Under the pieces are notes generated by a model. That model was not told the DNA's origin, ran no database searches, and was given only the letters and a program-made list of their open reading frames with translations. The translations under genes were made by a program, and so were the position numbers. DNA of 40,356 nucleotides from Burkholderiales bacterium (GTDB taxonomy: Bacteria; Pseudomonadota; Gammaproteobacteria; Burkholderiales; SG8-39). The stretch lies in the NCBI GenBank assembly GCA_022844545.1, contig JALHLN010000002.1, forward strand, positions 1-40,356. Reading direction: 5' to 3'. Below, piece after piece: positions 29,469 to 38,687 of this stretch; within the stretch, counting starts at the first letter, position 1, and every line of letters starts with the position of its first letter.

Positions 29469-29475
29469 TCCCGGC

Positions 29476-30405
29476 ATGGACGTCCTGCTCGCCAATCCCC
29501 GCGGCTTCTGCGCCGGCGTCGAGCGCGCGATCGAGATCGTCGAGCGCGCCCTCGAGGCGTTCGGCCGCCCGATCTACGTGCGCCACGAGATCGTGCACAA
29601 CAAGACCGTGGTGGACGCGTTGCGGCGCAAGGGCGCGGTGTTCGTCGAGGAACTGGACGAAGTCCCCGCCGGCGCGACGCTCGTCTTCTCGGCGCACGGG
29701 GTGTCGAAGGAGGTGCGCGCGGACGCCGAGCGGCGCGGCCTGAAGGTGTTCGACGCCACCTGCCCGCTGGTGACCAAGGTGCATGTCGAGGTCTCGAAGA
29801 TGCTGCGCGAGGGCTACGAGATCGTGATGATCGGGCACCGCGGCCATCCCGAGGCCGAGGGCACCGTCGGCCAGGCCGCGAGCGGCATCACCCTGATCGA
29901 GACCATGGAGGACGTGGCCGCGCTGCAGGTGCGCGACCCGGCGAGGCTCGCCTACGTCACCCAGACCACGCTGTCGGTGGACGATGCGCAGCGCATCGTC
30001 GCCGCGCTGCGCGCGCGCTTCCCGCAGATCCGCGGCCCGAAGCGCGACGACATCTGCTACGCCACCCAGAACCGGCAGGACGCGGTCAAGTTCATGGCGC
30101 CGAAGTGCGAAGTGGTGATCGTGGTGGGCTCGCCCAACAGCTCCAACTCCAACCGCCTGCGCGAGGTGGCCGAGCACATCGGCGCCGAGGCCTACATGGT
30201 GGACAGCGCCGCGGACCTGAAGGCGGAGTGGATCGCGGGCAGGAAGCGCGTCGGCGTCACCGCCGGCGCCTCGGCCCCGGAGGTGCTGGTCGAGCAGCTC
30301 GTGGCGCGGCTGAAGGAGCTGGGCGCGGCGAGCGTGCGGCCGCTGGAGGGCATCACCGAAAGCGTGGTGTTCACCCTGCCGCGGGAGCTCGCGAAGAAGC
30401 GCTAG
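29476..30405 (+). CDS. ispH: 4-hydroxy-3-methylbut-2-enyl diphosphate reductase
   Basis: In-frame part of track ORF 29425..30405. [43 protein letters not shown] (the three cluster cysteines) and [13 protein letters not shown]. Confidence 0.93.
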   Translation: MDVLLANPRGFCAGVERAIEIVERALEAFGRPIYVRHEIVHNKTVVDALRRKGAVFVEELDEVPAGATLVFSAHGVSKEVRADAERRGLKVFDATCPLVTKVHVEVSKMLREGYEIVMIGHRGHPEAEGTVGQAASGITLIETMEDVAALQVRDPARLAYVTQTTLSVDDAQRIVAALRARFPQIRGPKRDDICYATQNRQDAVKFMAPKCEVVIVVGSPNSSNSNRLREVAEHIGAEAYMVDSAADLKAEWIAGRKRVGVTAGASAPEVLVEQLVARLKELGAASVRPLEGITESVVFTLPRELAKKR

Positions 30406-30989
30406 CCGCCGGGGGTCTTTGGCGCCTCGGGACTGTCGAAGCTCACCTCCAGGGTCATCTGCACCTTTACCGCGCGGCCGTTTTTCATCCCCGGCGAGAA
30501 GCGTGAGGCGAGGAAGGCGCGCACCGCGGCGTCGTCGAAGTACCCCGGGGGTTCGGCGCTCACCACGTTCACCTTCTCCACCTCGCCGCCTTCCCCTATG
30601 TACAGGCGCACCACCACCCGGCCGGAGAGGAAGCGGCGCGCCGCCACTTCGGGGTATTCGGGTTCGGTCCGGGTCATGATCCCCGGGCGCACGTCCAGTT
30701 CGCGCGTGAGGAAGTAATGGGGCTGCTGCAGCAGGGCGCGGGGCGCCGCTTCGCCGGAAGCGGCGGTCGGGCCGGTGGCGTGCGGCGCTGCCGGCTCCGC
30801 GGCCGGAGCTGGAAGCGCGGCGGGTTCAGCGACCAGCACCGCCCGGATCGGGGCTGAGAACTGCGTCCACGAGAACCCGCCCCAGCGCGGCCCCGCGGAC
30901 TGCTGCAGCCCCGCCACCAGCACGGCGTGCAGCGCGGCGGAGGCGGCGAGCGCCGCCGCGATCCGCTGCTTACTCGAAGAACAGCTCAC
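30402..30989 (-). CDS. TonB C-terminal-domain protein (membrane anchor, Ala/Pro linker, TonB_C), orphan
   Basis: 195 aa. TM segment [19 protein letters not shown], linker [22 protein letters not shown]-domain [66 protein letters not shown]. The GTG start (30989) lies 20 nt inside the 3' end of pilY1. Confidence 0.75.
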   Translation of the reverse strand: MSCSSSKQRIAAALAASAALHAVLVAGLQQSAGPRWGGFSWTQFSAPIRAVLVAEPAALPAPAAEPAAPHATGPTAASGEAAPRALLQQPHYFLTRELDVRPGIMTRTEPEYPEVAARRFLSGRVVVRLYIGEGGEVEKVNVVSAEPPGYFDDAAVRAFLASRFSPGMKNGRAVKVQMTLEVSFDSPEAPKTPGG

Positions 30990-33900
30990 GCCAGGACACG
31001 CGCCGGCCCTGGAGGGTGCTAGGCGCCACCGGCGTGTTCTGCGTCAACTGCTGGTTGTCCGCGGTGGTGACGATCGTCTTGATGGTGCCGCCCGGCAACT
31101 GGATCACGTTGATGCCGACCACCAGCGAGGCCGAGATCCGGGTGCTCGCCATGTTGGCGGTCGCGCCCGCGACCACGCCGCCGGTCTTGTAGTCGAGGAA
31201 GTTGACCCAGCCGAAGCCGCCCGCGACACAGGTGTCGGTCGAGGGCACGTTCGAGGGAATCACCAGCGTTCCGAGTTGCAGGATCGGGTCGACGTTGACG
31301 CGCTCGCTGCCGTTGCCGCCGGTGGCGCCGTCGGGCAGGTCGATGAACCAGCCGTTCACCGTCGAACTGGTGAAGTCCACCGCGTTGACCGTGGCGACCG
31401 TGCGCTCGGTGGTCGGGTTGGTCGGGCTCGCCTCCAGGTCCTGGCGCACGAAGCCGGTGATGGTCGAGGCGGGGAAGACGCCGCCGCGCGTCATGGTAAT
31501 CGCGGTGACGCCGGCCATCGTGTCCTTGATGGCGTAGACCGACTGGCGCTGGGTGCTCGCCTTGTCCGTGACGCCGAGGAACTTGCCGGTGCCGAGGAAC
31601 ACCACCCGCTGGCCGCTCACCTCGCCCAGTTCCGGCTTGGTGGTGATCGGCTGCGCGGTTCCGTCCGGCGCGGTCAGGGTGGCGAGACGTGTCACCGAAT
31701 CCACCGGCACCGTGGCCACCGAGTTGTCGAGCTGGATGCGCCACAGGTTGCCCTTGAGGTCGCCGCCGTAGATGGTGAGCGCGAGGTTCTCGAAACTTGC
31801 GTTGTCCACCCAGGCGTTGATGCGGCCGAAGCCACTGGGATCGGTGGTGCCGGCGACGCAGGGCGGGACGACGCTGACCCCGTCGCAGCCCTCGCCGGTG
31901 GTGTAGCGGTTCAGGATGTTACCGGTCTGCGCGTCCGCCACGTAGAGGTAGCCCTTGCCGTCGCCGGGCGAGAGGTTGTTCAGGCCCGAGGCGAAGATCA
32001 CCACCCATTTGCCGTCGGACTTGCGCTTCACGATCAGCGGGTTGCCGAAGCTGAAGCCGATGTTGCAGTCCTCCGAGAACGTGCCGCCGTTGGCCTGGGC
32101 GTCGCTGAGGCAGGCGGCGCCGGTGCCGCCCCTGATTTCCCACAGGCCCCTGGGGTTGTCCGGGTCGGTGACGTCGAGCGCGTAGTAGCCGCGCCCGCCG
32201 GCATTGAGGCCCGCCACCAGGATGGTGCGCCAGTTCGACTGCGCGGCGCAGGGCGAGGCAGTGGTGTGGCCGAAGCAGACATCCCCCACCACCGGCGAGC
32301 CGTCGGTGTAGTAGCGGTGCGTATAGGGCGAGTCCGCCAGGCGCTTCATGTCCTTCATCACCAGGTTGGGGATGTAGGACCAGCGCTCGGCGCCCTCGCC
32401 CGCCGTCGGGCTGGTGTCCAGCGTCCCGGTGAAGGCGTCGTCGCTGGTGATCGCGGTGCCGATGCCGGCGGTCTGGAAGTACGGGTTGTTGTCCGGGTCG
32501 GTTTCGAAGGCGTGCAGCATGCCCTCGTTGGAGGCCACGTACACCGTGCCCTTGCGCGTGCTGCTGACCCCGTTCGTCGTGTTGCGGAACTCCTGGTAGA
32601 AGGGATCCTTGCCGGCGAAGTTGCCGGTGTTGTAGCCGAAGGGCGAGGCCTTCACGTAGGCCGGCTGCGCGTTGATGATGTCGCCCAGAACGCTCTGGCG
32701 GTTGCGGAACAGGTCGGTGAGCGCGGTGCCGCCGGTGGTCTCGTAGGACGCATCGCCGCGGATGAAGTCCACCAGCCGCTCCTTGGTCGCCTCCGCGGCC
32801 GCGCCGTTGGCGGTGATGGTCGGCGCCTGCGCCAGGGCCGGCTGGCTGGAGGGCGCGGCCGAGGTCGTCATCGGCTCGAAGAAGTTCAGTTCCGCCGCGG
32901 TGAGGCCGGCGCCGTCGGTGCAGGTGGGGTAAGCGGCGTTGGCGATCGCCGCCGGATGGCAGAACGACTTCAGCTTGTTGAAGTTGTCGCCGGTGCCGGT
33001 GACGTCGGCGGCGTCGAAGGTGAAGATGTTGCGCGTGGTGTGCGCGCGCGAATCCAGCAGCGTCGCCGCCGCCCACAGCTCGCGCGTCGCCACCGTACCG
33101 GTGGACAGGTCGATGGTGCGCGCCTTGATGTCGCCGATCCAGCTCACGGTCTCGTATTGCGCCGTGAAGGCGAAGTTGTCGCCCGCGACCGGCTGCAGGT
33201 TCGAGGTCGCCGCGGCCGCGCCGGCGCCGATGCGCGCGTTCACCGAGGACAGCGTCTCGGCGATGGCATTGGACAGTTCGGCCGGATCCTTGGCGCTGAA
33301 GAAGGTGCCGCGGCCGTTCACCGCCGCATGCCACAGGTCATCCAGCGCCGATTCCGCGTTGGCCGCGGGAACCGGCCAGTCCAATCCGCCCGAGGCCGGG
33401 GCGATCTTCAGGCGTTCGAAGTCGGGGCTGGAGCCGGACTGGTAGTTCTTGTCGAAATTGAGCAGACCCGCCAGTCCCATGCCCACGGTGAACAGGGTCA
33501 TGTGCTGGTGCGCCGCCGGGTCGGCGGTGGACGCCGGAACCTGGTCGGCCAGATCGGCGCGCAGGTCCGTCCGGTAATAGTACAGGGCGACGTCGGCCAG
33601 CGTATCGGTCGCGCCCGCCAGGCCGCCGTCGAAGCGCGCCTCGCTGCGCCTGGAGTAGCCGCTGTCCGTGTTGTCCTGGTTTCCGATCGCGCCCCCGGTC
33701 AGGGTCACCCCGGCGTTGCCGTTCCAGTAGCCGTCCGTGGTCAGGATCGCGAAGTTGGGCTGGCAGGCGACCTGGATCGGGCTCGCGCCCATGCTCGCCG
33801 GATTGATGCCGCCGGTGACGCCGCCAAAGTAGCGCCCGACGCGCGACAGCGCCTCGCGCAGCGGCGTGGAGCCGTGCTCGCCGGTCTTGTAGAGCCACTC

Positions 33901-35904
33901 GTACCAGCGGTCGCGCGTGCCGCCGGCGCCGGCGGTGAAGTCCGCGATGGCCCGGAACCGGTTGGTGATGTCGCCGGTCGGGTTGATGGTGATGAAGCCG
34001 ACGCGGAAGGCGTCGGTGATGCCGACGAAGGCGCGGCCGATGGCGGTCTTGGCCATCGCCATCCGGGTGCGGTAGTAGGCGTACCAGTTGGCGAAGTTGG
34101 TCATCTCCTCGTCGTAGCTGCAGTCGGTTCCGGTGCAGTCGGTGCGGGCCGGGTACTTGGTGAAGGTCAGGCCGGGCAGGATGTTGACCCGCGAGAAGCT
34201 GCCGACGTTCTGGCGGAAGGCGACCGCGGCCGCGGTCGGATCCTGGCCGGCGCCGAAGGTGGTCGTGCTGGTCATGTCGATGTCGTTGGTGGTGATGCCG
34301 CCGCTGAAGGCGGTCACCGACACCGTCATGCCGGGCGAGGTGCGCACCGGGGTCACGCCGTTGATGCTCGAGCCCAGGCTCGCCGGCGCGGTGATGGTGG
34401 TGGTGGCGCCGCTGGAGGTGGCGCTGAATCCGTGGGTGCCGGTGCCGGCGTTGATGGCGTTGCGCAATTCGGTCGCCATGTAGGTGGCGCGCGCCGAGTT
34501 GCTGCCGCCGCAGCTGGAGCAGATGATGCTGCTGGTGATGAGGGGGACGCCGGCGACCGAATACGTGGCGATGCTGTCGCCGCTCTGTACCCCGGACATG
34601 GTCGAGGAAGTCGTCGCCGCGGTGAAAGCGGGGGCCGCGAACTGCATCTGCAGCGTGTTGCCGTTGGGCGCGGCGCTGGGGGTGCCGGTATTCGAGCCCG
34701 GGTTGCCGGAATTGGCGGGCGACGGCGGCCCCGCGGTCGTCGCCGGGCCGAAGCGGACGGTGATGAGGTTGTTGTTGCGCGTCGCGTGGTAACCGGAGGC
34801 GCCGGTATTGGCGTTGATGGCGTCGCGGATCAGGCTCGCGGCGGTGTTCGCGGTGAACCCCCCGCCGATATTGAGCGTGCTGCCTAGGATGTTGACACCG
34901 TTCACCAGGATACCGGTGACCGAGGCAGCGGCGGTGTCTCTCTGCGCGTTCACCGTCAGGTTGGCGATCGAGACCTGGCCGGGCTGGGCGGCGGCGCCGG
35001 GATTGACGTTGCCGGTGAATTTTGCGTAGGTGAAGGCCCCCGAGCGCTTGCCCTGGCAGCTCGCCAGGGTGCTGTTGGTGCAGTAGCGCACCGGCGCCGG
35101 TACCGGGTGCGTCGCGGTGGGCGTGGTGCTCGCCACGCAGCTGGTCAGCGACAGGTCGGTGCAATGCTCGGTCGCGGCCAGGCGGTAGTAATAGGGCGCG
35201 CCAGTGATGTACTTGATAGCCCCTCCGGTGGTGAGGCCGAAGGGGAAGGCGGCGTCCGGGTAGGTGTAGGCGCTGTTGGTCTTGCACAGCGCGGTGTCCG
35301 TCGCCGCGTCCGCCTGGCTGGTGCACCAGACCCGGTCCGGATAGTCGGTCACGAGGTTGACCGTGGTCACGAGAGTGCCGTTGCTGTTCTCCACCATGTT
35401 GTAGGTGTCGCGGCGAAAGCTGTTGAGCGTGGCCGGGCTGACCCCGTCGGTGGGCACCGCGGTCCAGTTGGCCGTATTGGCGGCGGTCATGGAGATCTTC
35501 AGGGTGCCGTCGAAATTCACCGCCGGGAAATAGCGGATCTCCGGGTTGTAGTACTGGGTGTTGATCTCCGGGGTCATCAGCGGCACGTCGCCTGCCTGGC
35601 AGTTGTCCAGCCCGCCGGTGATGCCGCCGCCGTCGTCGCCCGCGTCGAAGCACAGCGCGTTCGAGCCGCCGAAGCGCCGGCCGAGGTAATCCGGCGTGTA
35701 CTGCTGCCCCATGGAGCCGGAATCGTCCATGATCAGCATGACATTGGGCTTCACGCTGGAGGCCGGCTGCGCCAGCGGCTCGTTGGAGATGTCGGTGAGC
35801 GCGGCGGACACCGGTCCGGAGACGGTCATCAGGGCGCTGAGCAGGCACGCCAGGGCGCGCTTGAACGGCGTGGCGTTGGGATTGGTCGTCGGATTTCCGG
35901 ACAT
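30970..35904 (-). CDS. pilY1: Type IV pilus tip-associated adhesin/assembly protein PilY1 (vWA N-domain plus PilC/PilY1 beta-propeller C-domain), 1644 aa
   Basis: Signal peptide ...LMTVSGPVSA-AL. MIDAS motif VMLIMDDSGSMG (DDSGS = nt 35713-35727). NFANWYAYYRTRM, ILTTDGYWN, and the propeller signature AGLNAGGRGYYALDVTDPDNP. AGGAG RBS lies 9 nt upstream. Sits directly after pilX as in known minor-pilin operons. Confidence 0.9.
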   Translation of the reverse strand: MSGNPTTNPNATPFKRALACLLSALMTVSGPVSAALTDISNEPLAQPASSVKPNVMLIMDDSGSMGQQYTPDYLGRRFGGSNALCFDAGDDGGGITGGLDNCQAGDVPLMTPEINTQYYNPEIRYFPAVNFDGTLKISMTAANTANWTAVPTDGVSPATLNSFRRDTYNMVENSNGTLVTTVNLVTDYPDRVWCTSQADAATDTALCKTNSAYTYPDAAFPFGLTTGGAIKYITGAPYYYRLAATEHCTDLSLTSCVASTTPTATHPVPAPVRYCTNSTLASCQGKRSGAFTYAKFTGNVNPGAAAQPGQVSIANLTVNAQRDTAAASVTGILVNGVNILGSTLNIGGGFTANTAASLIRDAINANTGASGYHATRNNNLITVRFGPATTAGPPSPANSGNPGSNTGTPSAAPNGNTLQMQFAAPAFTAATTSSTMSGVQSGDSIATYSVAGVPLITSSIICSSCGGSNSARATYMATELRNAINAGTGTHGFSATSSGATTTITAPASLGSSINGVTPVRTSPGMTVSVTAFSGGITTNDIDMTSTTTFGAGQDPTAAAVAFRQNVGSFSRVNILPGLTFTKYPARTDCTGTDCSYDEEMTNFANWYAYYRTRMAMAKTAIGRAFVGITDAFRVGFITINPTGDITNRFRAIADFTAGAGGTRDRWYEWLYKTGEHGSTPLREALSRVGRYFGGVTGGINPASMGASPIQVACQPNFAILTTDGYWNGNAGVTLTGGAIGNQDNTDSGYSRRSEARFDGGLAGATDTLADVALYYYRTDLRADLADQVPASTADPAAHQHMTLFTVGMGLAGLLNFDKNYQSGSSPDFERLKIAPASGGLDWPVPAANAESALDDLWHAAVNGRGTFFSAKDPAELSNAIAETLSSVNARIGAGAAAATSNLQPVAGDNFAFTAQYETVSWIGDIKARTIDLSTGTVATRELWAAATLLDSRAHTTRNIFTFDAADVTGTGDNFNKLKSFCHPAAIANAAYPTCTDGAGLTAAELNFFEPMTTSAAPSSQPALAQAPTITANGAAAEATKERLVDFIRGDASYETTGGTALTDLFRNRQSVLGDIINAQPAYVKASPFGYNTGNFAGKDPFYQEFRNTTNGVSSTRKGTVYVASNEGMLHAFETDPDNNPYFQTAGIGTAITSDDAFTGTLDTSPTAGEGAERWSYIPNLVMKDMKRLADSPYTHRYYTDGSPVVGDVCFGHTTASPCAAQSNWRTILVAGLNAGGRGYYALDVTDPDNPRGLWEIRGGTGAACLSDAQANGGTFSEDCNIGFSFGNPLIVKRKSDGKWVVIFASGLNNLSPGDGKGYLYVADAQTGNILNRYTTGEGCDGVSVVPPCVAGTTDPSGFGRINAWVDNASFENLALTIYGGDLKGNLWRIQLDNSVATVPVDSVTRLATLTAPDGTAQPITTKPELGEVSGQRVVFLGTGKFLGVTDKASTQRQSVYAIKDTMAGVTAITMTRGGVFPASTITGFVRQDLEASPTNPTTERTVATVNAVDFTSSTVNGWFIDLPDGATGGNGSERVNVDPILQLGTLVIPSNVPSTDTCVAGGFGWVNFLDYKTGGVVAGATANMASTRISASLVVGINVIQLPGGTIKTIVTTADNQQLTQNTPVAPSTLQGRRVSWRELFFE

Positions 35905-35923
35905 GGATGCTGCTCCTGGCGGG

Positions 35924-36520
35924 TTAGAACACGACCGCCTGTATGTAGCTGCTTGAATTGCGCGGCCCGAGTACGCGCACGGTGATGCGGTACAGCGCGT
36001 TGGTCGGCACCGAGATGGCCATGGTGCCGAAGGCGGCCGCGCCCTTGGTGCCGCCGCCGGTGGTGGAGGAGGCGCCGGTCTGCTTGACGCAGGTGACGCT
36101 GGCCGGGTCGCCGGTCTGCTGGCACAGGCGGTGGATCACCCAGCTCACGGTGTAGCCGGCGGGCGGCGTCGGGCTGGTGACGTTGATTGCGGTGCTCCAG
36201 TCAAAGTCGTCCGAGGTGGTCGCGGTTTTGTTGCCGAGCAGGTCCAGACCCTCGGCCCACTGGGCGTAGTACCCCGCGCCGGCGTTGTCGGCGTACAGGT
36301 TGGCCGCCGGCGACACGCCCATCAGGTAGCTGCGCGCCGCCTCGACGCCCAGGTCGCCGGTGTGCATCGCCGCCTGGCGGAAGGCGAGGTTGCCCGAGAT
36401 GATGCTGCCGGTGTCGACGCTGCGCAGCAGGGCGATGCCGGCGAGCGACATCGCCACCAGCACGATGAGCGCGATGAAGAGAACCAGGCCTTGCTGGGTC
36501 TTGCGCAGGGTGGCACGCAT
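35924..36520 (-). CDS. pilX: Type IV pilus minor pilin-like protein PilX (PilX N-terminal domain)
   Basis: C-terminal 198 aa of track ORF 35924..36793. MRATLRKTQQG-LVLFIALIVLVAMSLAGIALLRSVDTGSIISGNLAFRQ. The ATG overlaps the pilW stop (TGATG). Sits between pilW and pilY1. Confidence 0.75.
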   Translation of the reverse strand: MRATLRKTQQGLVLFIALIVLVAMSLAGIALLRSVDTGSIISGNLAFRQAAMHTGDLGVEAARSYLMGVSPAANLYADNAGAGYYAQWAEGLDLLGNKTATTSDDFDWSTAINVTSPTPPAGYTVSWVIHRLCQQTGDPASVTCVKQTGASSTTGGGTKGAAAFGTMAISVPTNALYRITVRVLGPRNSSSYIQAVVF

Positions 36521-37632
36521 CAGGGCCTCCAGATCATGTTGCGCAGCGGCACCGTGGTCTCGAACACGCGGTAGCGGTAGCAGCGGTCCTCGCTGCCCGA
36601 GGCGACGCTGATGGCGAGGAACGGATTGGCGGTCGCGATCCGGTTGTTGTCCGCCACCGTGCCGCCCGCGGTGGAGCCCGACCAGGTCGGCACCACCGTG
36701 GTGGCGTCGCACTCGCTGGCGCCGACGGACTTCTTCTCGTAGTTGCCCACGCGCGCCAGCACCGCGACCTTCACCGCAAGCACTTGCAGCCACTCCGCGC
36801 CGGTGGCCGGCGTGGTGAACTCGTAGGTGTCCACGACGTTGTCGTTGTTGGTGTCCTTGCCGTAGAGGGCGCGCAGGTCGACGATGCCGTCCACCAGGTC
36901 CGTCGGTGTCGCCGTGCCAGTCGAGAGCAGCGCGCTCACCAACTGCAGCTTCCCGCCGCCGATCTGGTAGGTGTTGAGCCTGGGATCGCCCATGTTGAGC
37001 ACGCTGTCGCCGGCGGTGTAGAGGAACGGCCAGGGCCAGGCCGGCGGATTGTTCGGGCCGGAGGCGCCCGGGTTGAGCTGCAGGAACTGCGACACCGACT
37101 GCGTATGCGTGATGTTGCCAAGGACGCAGCCGCTGGGGGTGACGATCATGATGACGTCGCCGGTCTGAAACCCGTCCACGCCGTCCACAAACACGGTCGC
37201 CGCGTTCCCTTTGGAAGGATTCTTCTGGATGCTGGTGGGCAGCATCCGTTCGCCTTCGCTGGAGTACAGGAACGTGATCTTGTCGGGGTTGGCCGGCGCG
37301 ACCGTGTCGTGCTCGATCAGCACCGGCGCGAGCGAAATATTGGGCAGCGAGCCGCCCATGTTTCCCGAGAATTCGGGGTCGCGATACCAGTAGATCTGGC
37401 CGCAGCCCAGCGCCGCCGGGTTGTTGAAGCCGTAGCCGGCGTTGCGCGCGTCGCGCTCTATGGTGTAGAGCGAGATCAGGCCATTGGTCTGCGCCCCGCC
37501 CTCGCCCAGGGTGGCGCGGTTAAAGTTGTCGCCCACCAAGTAGGCTTGGGTGATGATCAGGATGCCGATCAGGCCGATCGCCACCGCGACCAGCAGCTCG
37601 ACCAGGGACATGCCGAGTTCGCGCGCGCGCAT
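36520..37632 (-). CDS. pilW: Type IV pilus minor pilin PilW
   Basis: C-terminal 370 aa of track ORF 36520..37872. Prepilin leader MRARELG-MSLVELLVAVAIGLIGILIITQAYL with Glu at +5. Size and position between pilV and pilX fit PilW. Confidence 0.8.
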   Translation of the reverse strand: MRARELGMSLVELLVAVAIGLIGILIITQAYLVGDNFNRATLGEGGAQTNGLISLYTIERDARNAGYGFNNPAALGCGQIYWYRDPEFSGNMGGSLPNISLAPVLIEHDTVAPANPDKITFLYSSEGERMLPTSIQKNPSKGNAATVFVDGVDGFQTGDVIMIVTPSGCVLGNITHTQSVSQFLQLNPGASGPNNPPAWPWPFLYTAGDSVLNMGDPRLNTYQIGGGKLQLVSALLSTGTATPTDLVDGIVDLRALYGKDTNNDNVVDTYEFTTPATGAEWLQVLAVKVAVLARVGNYEKKSVGASECDATTVVPTWSGSTAGGTVADNNRIATANPFLAISVASGSEDRCYRYRVFETTVPLRNMIWRP

Positions 37633-37640
37633 CTCCGGCC

Positions 37641-38054
37641 TCACGAGTTGTTGATCGTCGCCACGGCGACGTGGTTGCTGGCGCCGGTCTCGCCAGGGCG
37701 CAGCCAGCGCACGGTGACGGTGACCTGCTGGCCCGAGACCACGATGCTGGGCGCGCTGCCGCCGCTGGCGTTGGGCAGCAGCGCCTGCACCCGCGCCAAC
37801 CAGGCGGCGCAGACCGGGGTGCCGCCGCAGTTGGCGTCGGTGTACCCGGCGAGATTGCCGCGGTCCACCCACATCTGGCCGATGATCTCGTTGGCGAGGA
37901 ACGAGGCCTCGGAACGGTACTTGGCGTCGATGGTGGCGCGCATCGCCATCGCCTGCATGCCCATCAGGGCGAGGATGCCGATGGAGAAGATCAGCATGCC
38001 GATCAGGGCCTCGATCAGCATCACGCCCTTCTGGCCTTGCCCCTGGCGTCTCAT
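37641..38054 (-). CDS. pilV: Type IV pilus modification/minor pilin protein PilV
   Basis: C-terminal 137 aa of track ORF 37641..38180. MRRQGQGQKG-VMLIEALIGMLIFSIGILALMGMQAMA matches the PilV-family N-terminus, with Glu at +5. Confidence 0.8.
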   Translation of the reverse strand: MRRQGQGQKGVMLIEALIGMLIFSIGILALMGMQAMAMRATIDAKYRSEASFLANEIIGQMWVDRGNLAGYTDANCGGTPVCAAWLARVQALLPNASGGSAPSIVVSGQQVTVTVRWLRPGETGASNHVAVATINNS

Positions 38055-38070
38055 GTCGGGCTCGCTTTCA

Positions 38071-38661
38071 TCAGCTGCACCTGCGCGGGTCGGTGGCCGC
38101 CGTGACTTTCGGGTCGCACATCCGGATCGCGCCCCCGGTCGACACCTCGACGCGCAGGCAGCGCATGGTGCCCGAGGCATCCTCGTGCTCGCAGGCGCCG
38201 CCCGTGGGGTTCCTGAGGTCGATCGCGGTGATGCCGGCGGCGGTCGGGCGGCCGAGCGCGTTGAACACCACCAGCGACCCTCCGGTGGTGGTCACGGTGA
38301 CGTTGCTCGAGCCTTCCTGCGCTGACTTGACCTGGACGATGCGCGGCGCGGTGTCCTCCGAGGGCGGAGTGGCGCACAGTCCGGCGGCGTCGTCCCGGCT
38401 CACCACCCAGTTGAGCGCGGTGGTGCTGGCGGCGCAGGCGTCGGTGACGGCGGTCATGAGCTGGAAGCGCATGGTGACGTTGCGCCGCACCGCCTCGGTC
38501 TTGGCCAGGGTGAGTCCCGAGAGCGTGGTCTCGGCCGCGTTCTTGATCTGGCTGTTCTGCAGGAAGATGGTGAAGTTGGGCAGCGCCAGCGCGAGCAGCA
38601 CGCCGACGATCGCCAGCCCGATGGCCAGCTCCACCAGCGTGACGCCGCGCTGCGCGCGCAC
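38071..38661 (-). CDS. GspH/FimT/FimU-family type IV minor pilin
   Basis: Tail of track ORF 38071..39165. (M)RAQRG-VTLVELAIGLAIVGVLLALALPNFTIFLQNSQIKNAAETTLSGLTLAKTEAVRRN is the FimT/GspH pattern. There is no in-frame ATG. Start is GTG 38661, or GTG 38694, which overlaps the pilE-like stop. Confidence 0.7.
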   Translation of the reverse strand: MRAQRGVTLVELAIGLAIVGVLLALALPNFTIFLQNSQIKNAAETTLSGLTLAKTEAVRRNVTMRFQLMTAVTDACAASTTALNWVVSRDDAAGLCATPPSEDTAPRIVQVKSAQEGSSNVTVTTTGGSLVVFNALGRPTAAGITAIDLRNPTGGACEHEDASGTMRCLRVEVSTGGAIRMCDPKVTAATDPRRCS

Positions 38662-38687
38662 GCCACCGCGCTGCGTGCGGTCCTGCT

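Noticed and set aside
32752-32760. RGD tripeptide in PilY1 (residues 1049-1051, ...DFIRGDASYE...)
   Set aside because: P. aeruginosa PilY1 has a functional integrin-binding RGD. However, a tripeptide is expected by chance in a 1644-aa protein, and nothing suggests that this organism is host-associated.
30775-35848. 1370-aa plus-strand ORF (30775..34887) and 836-aa minus-strand ORF (33338..35848) inside the pilY1 region
   Set aside because: One is antisense and the other is an alternative frame of pilY1. The pilY1 frame alone carries the signal peptide, the MIDAS motif and the YYALDVTDP propeller signature. I saw no evidence for a frameshift or a split gene.
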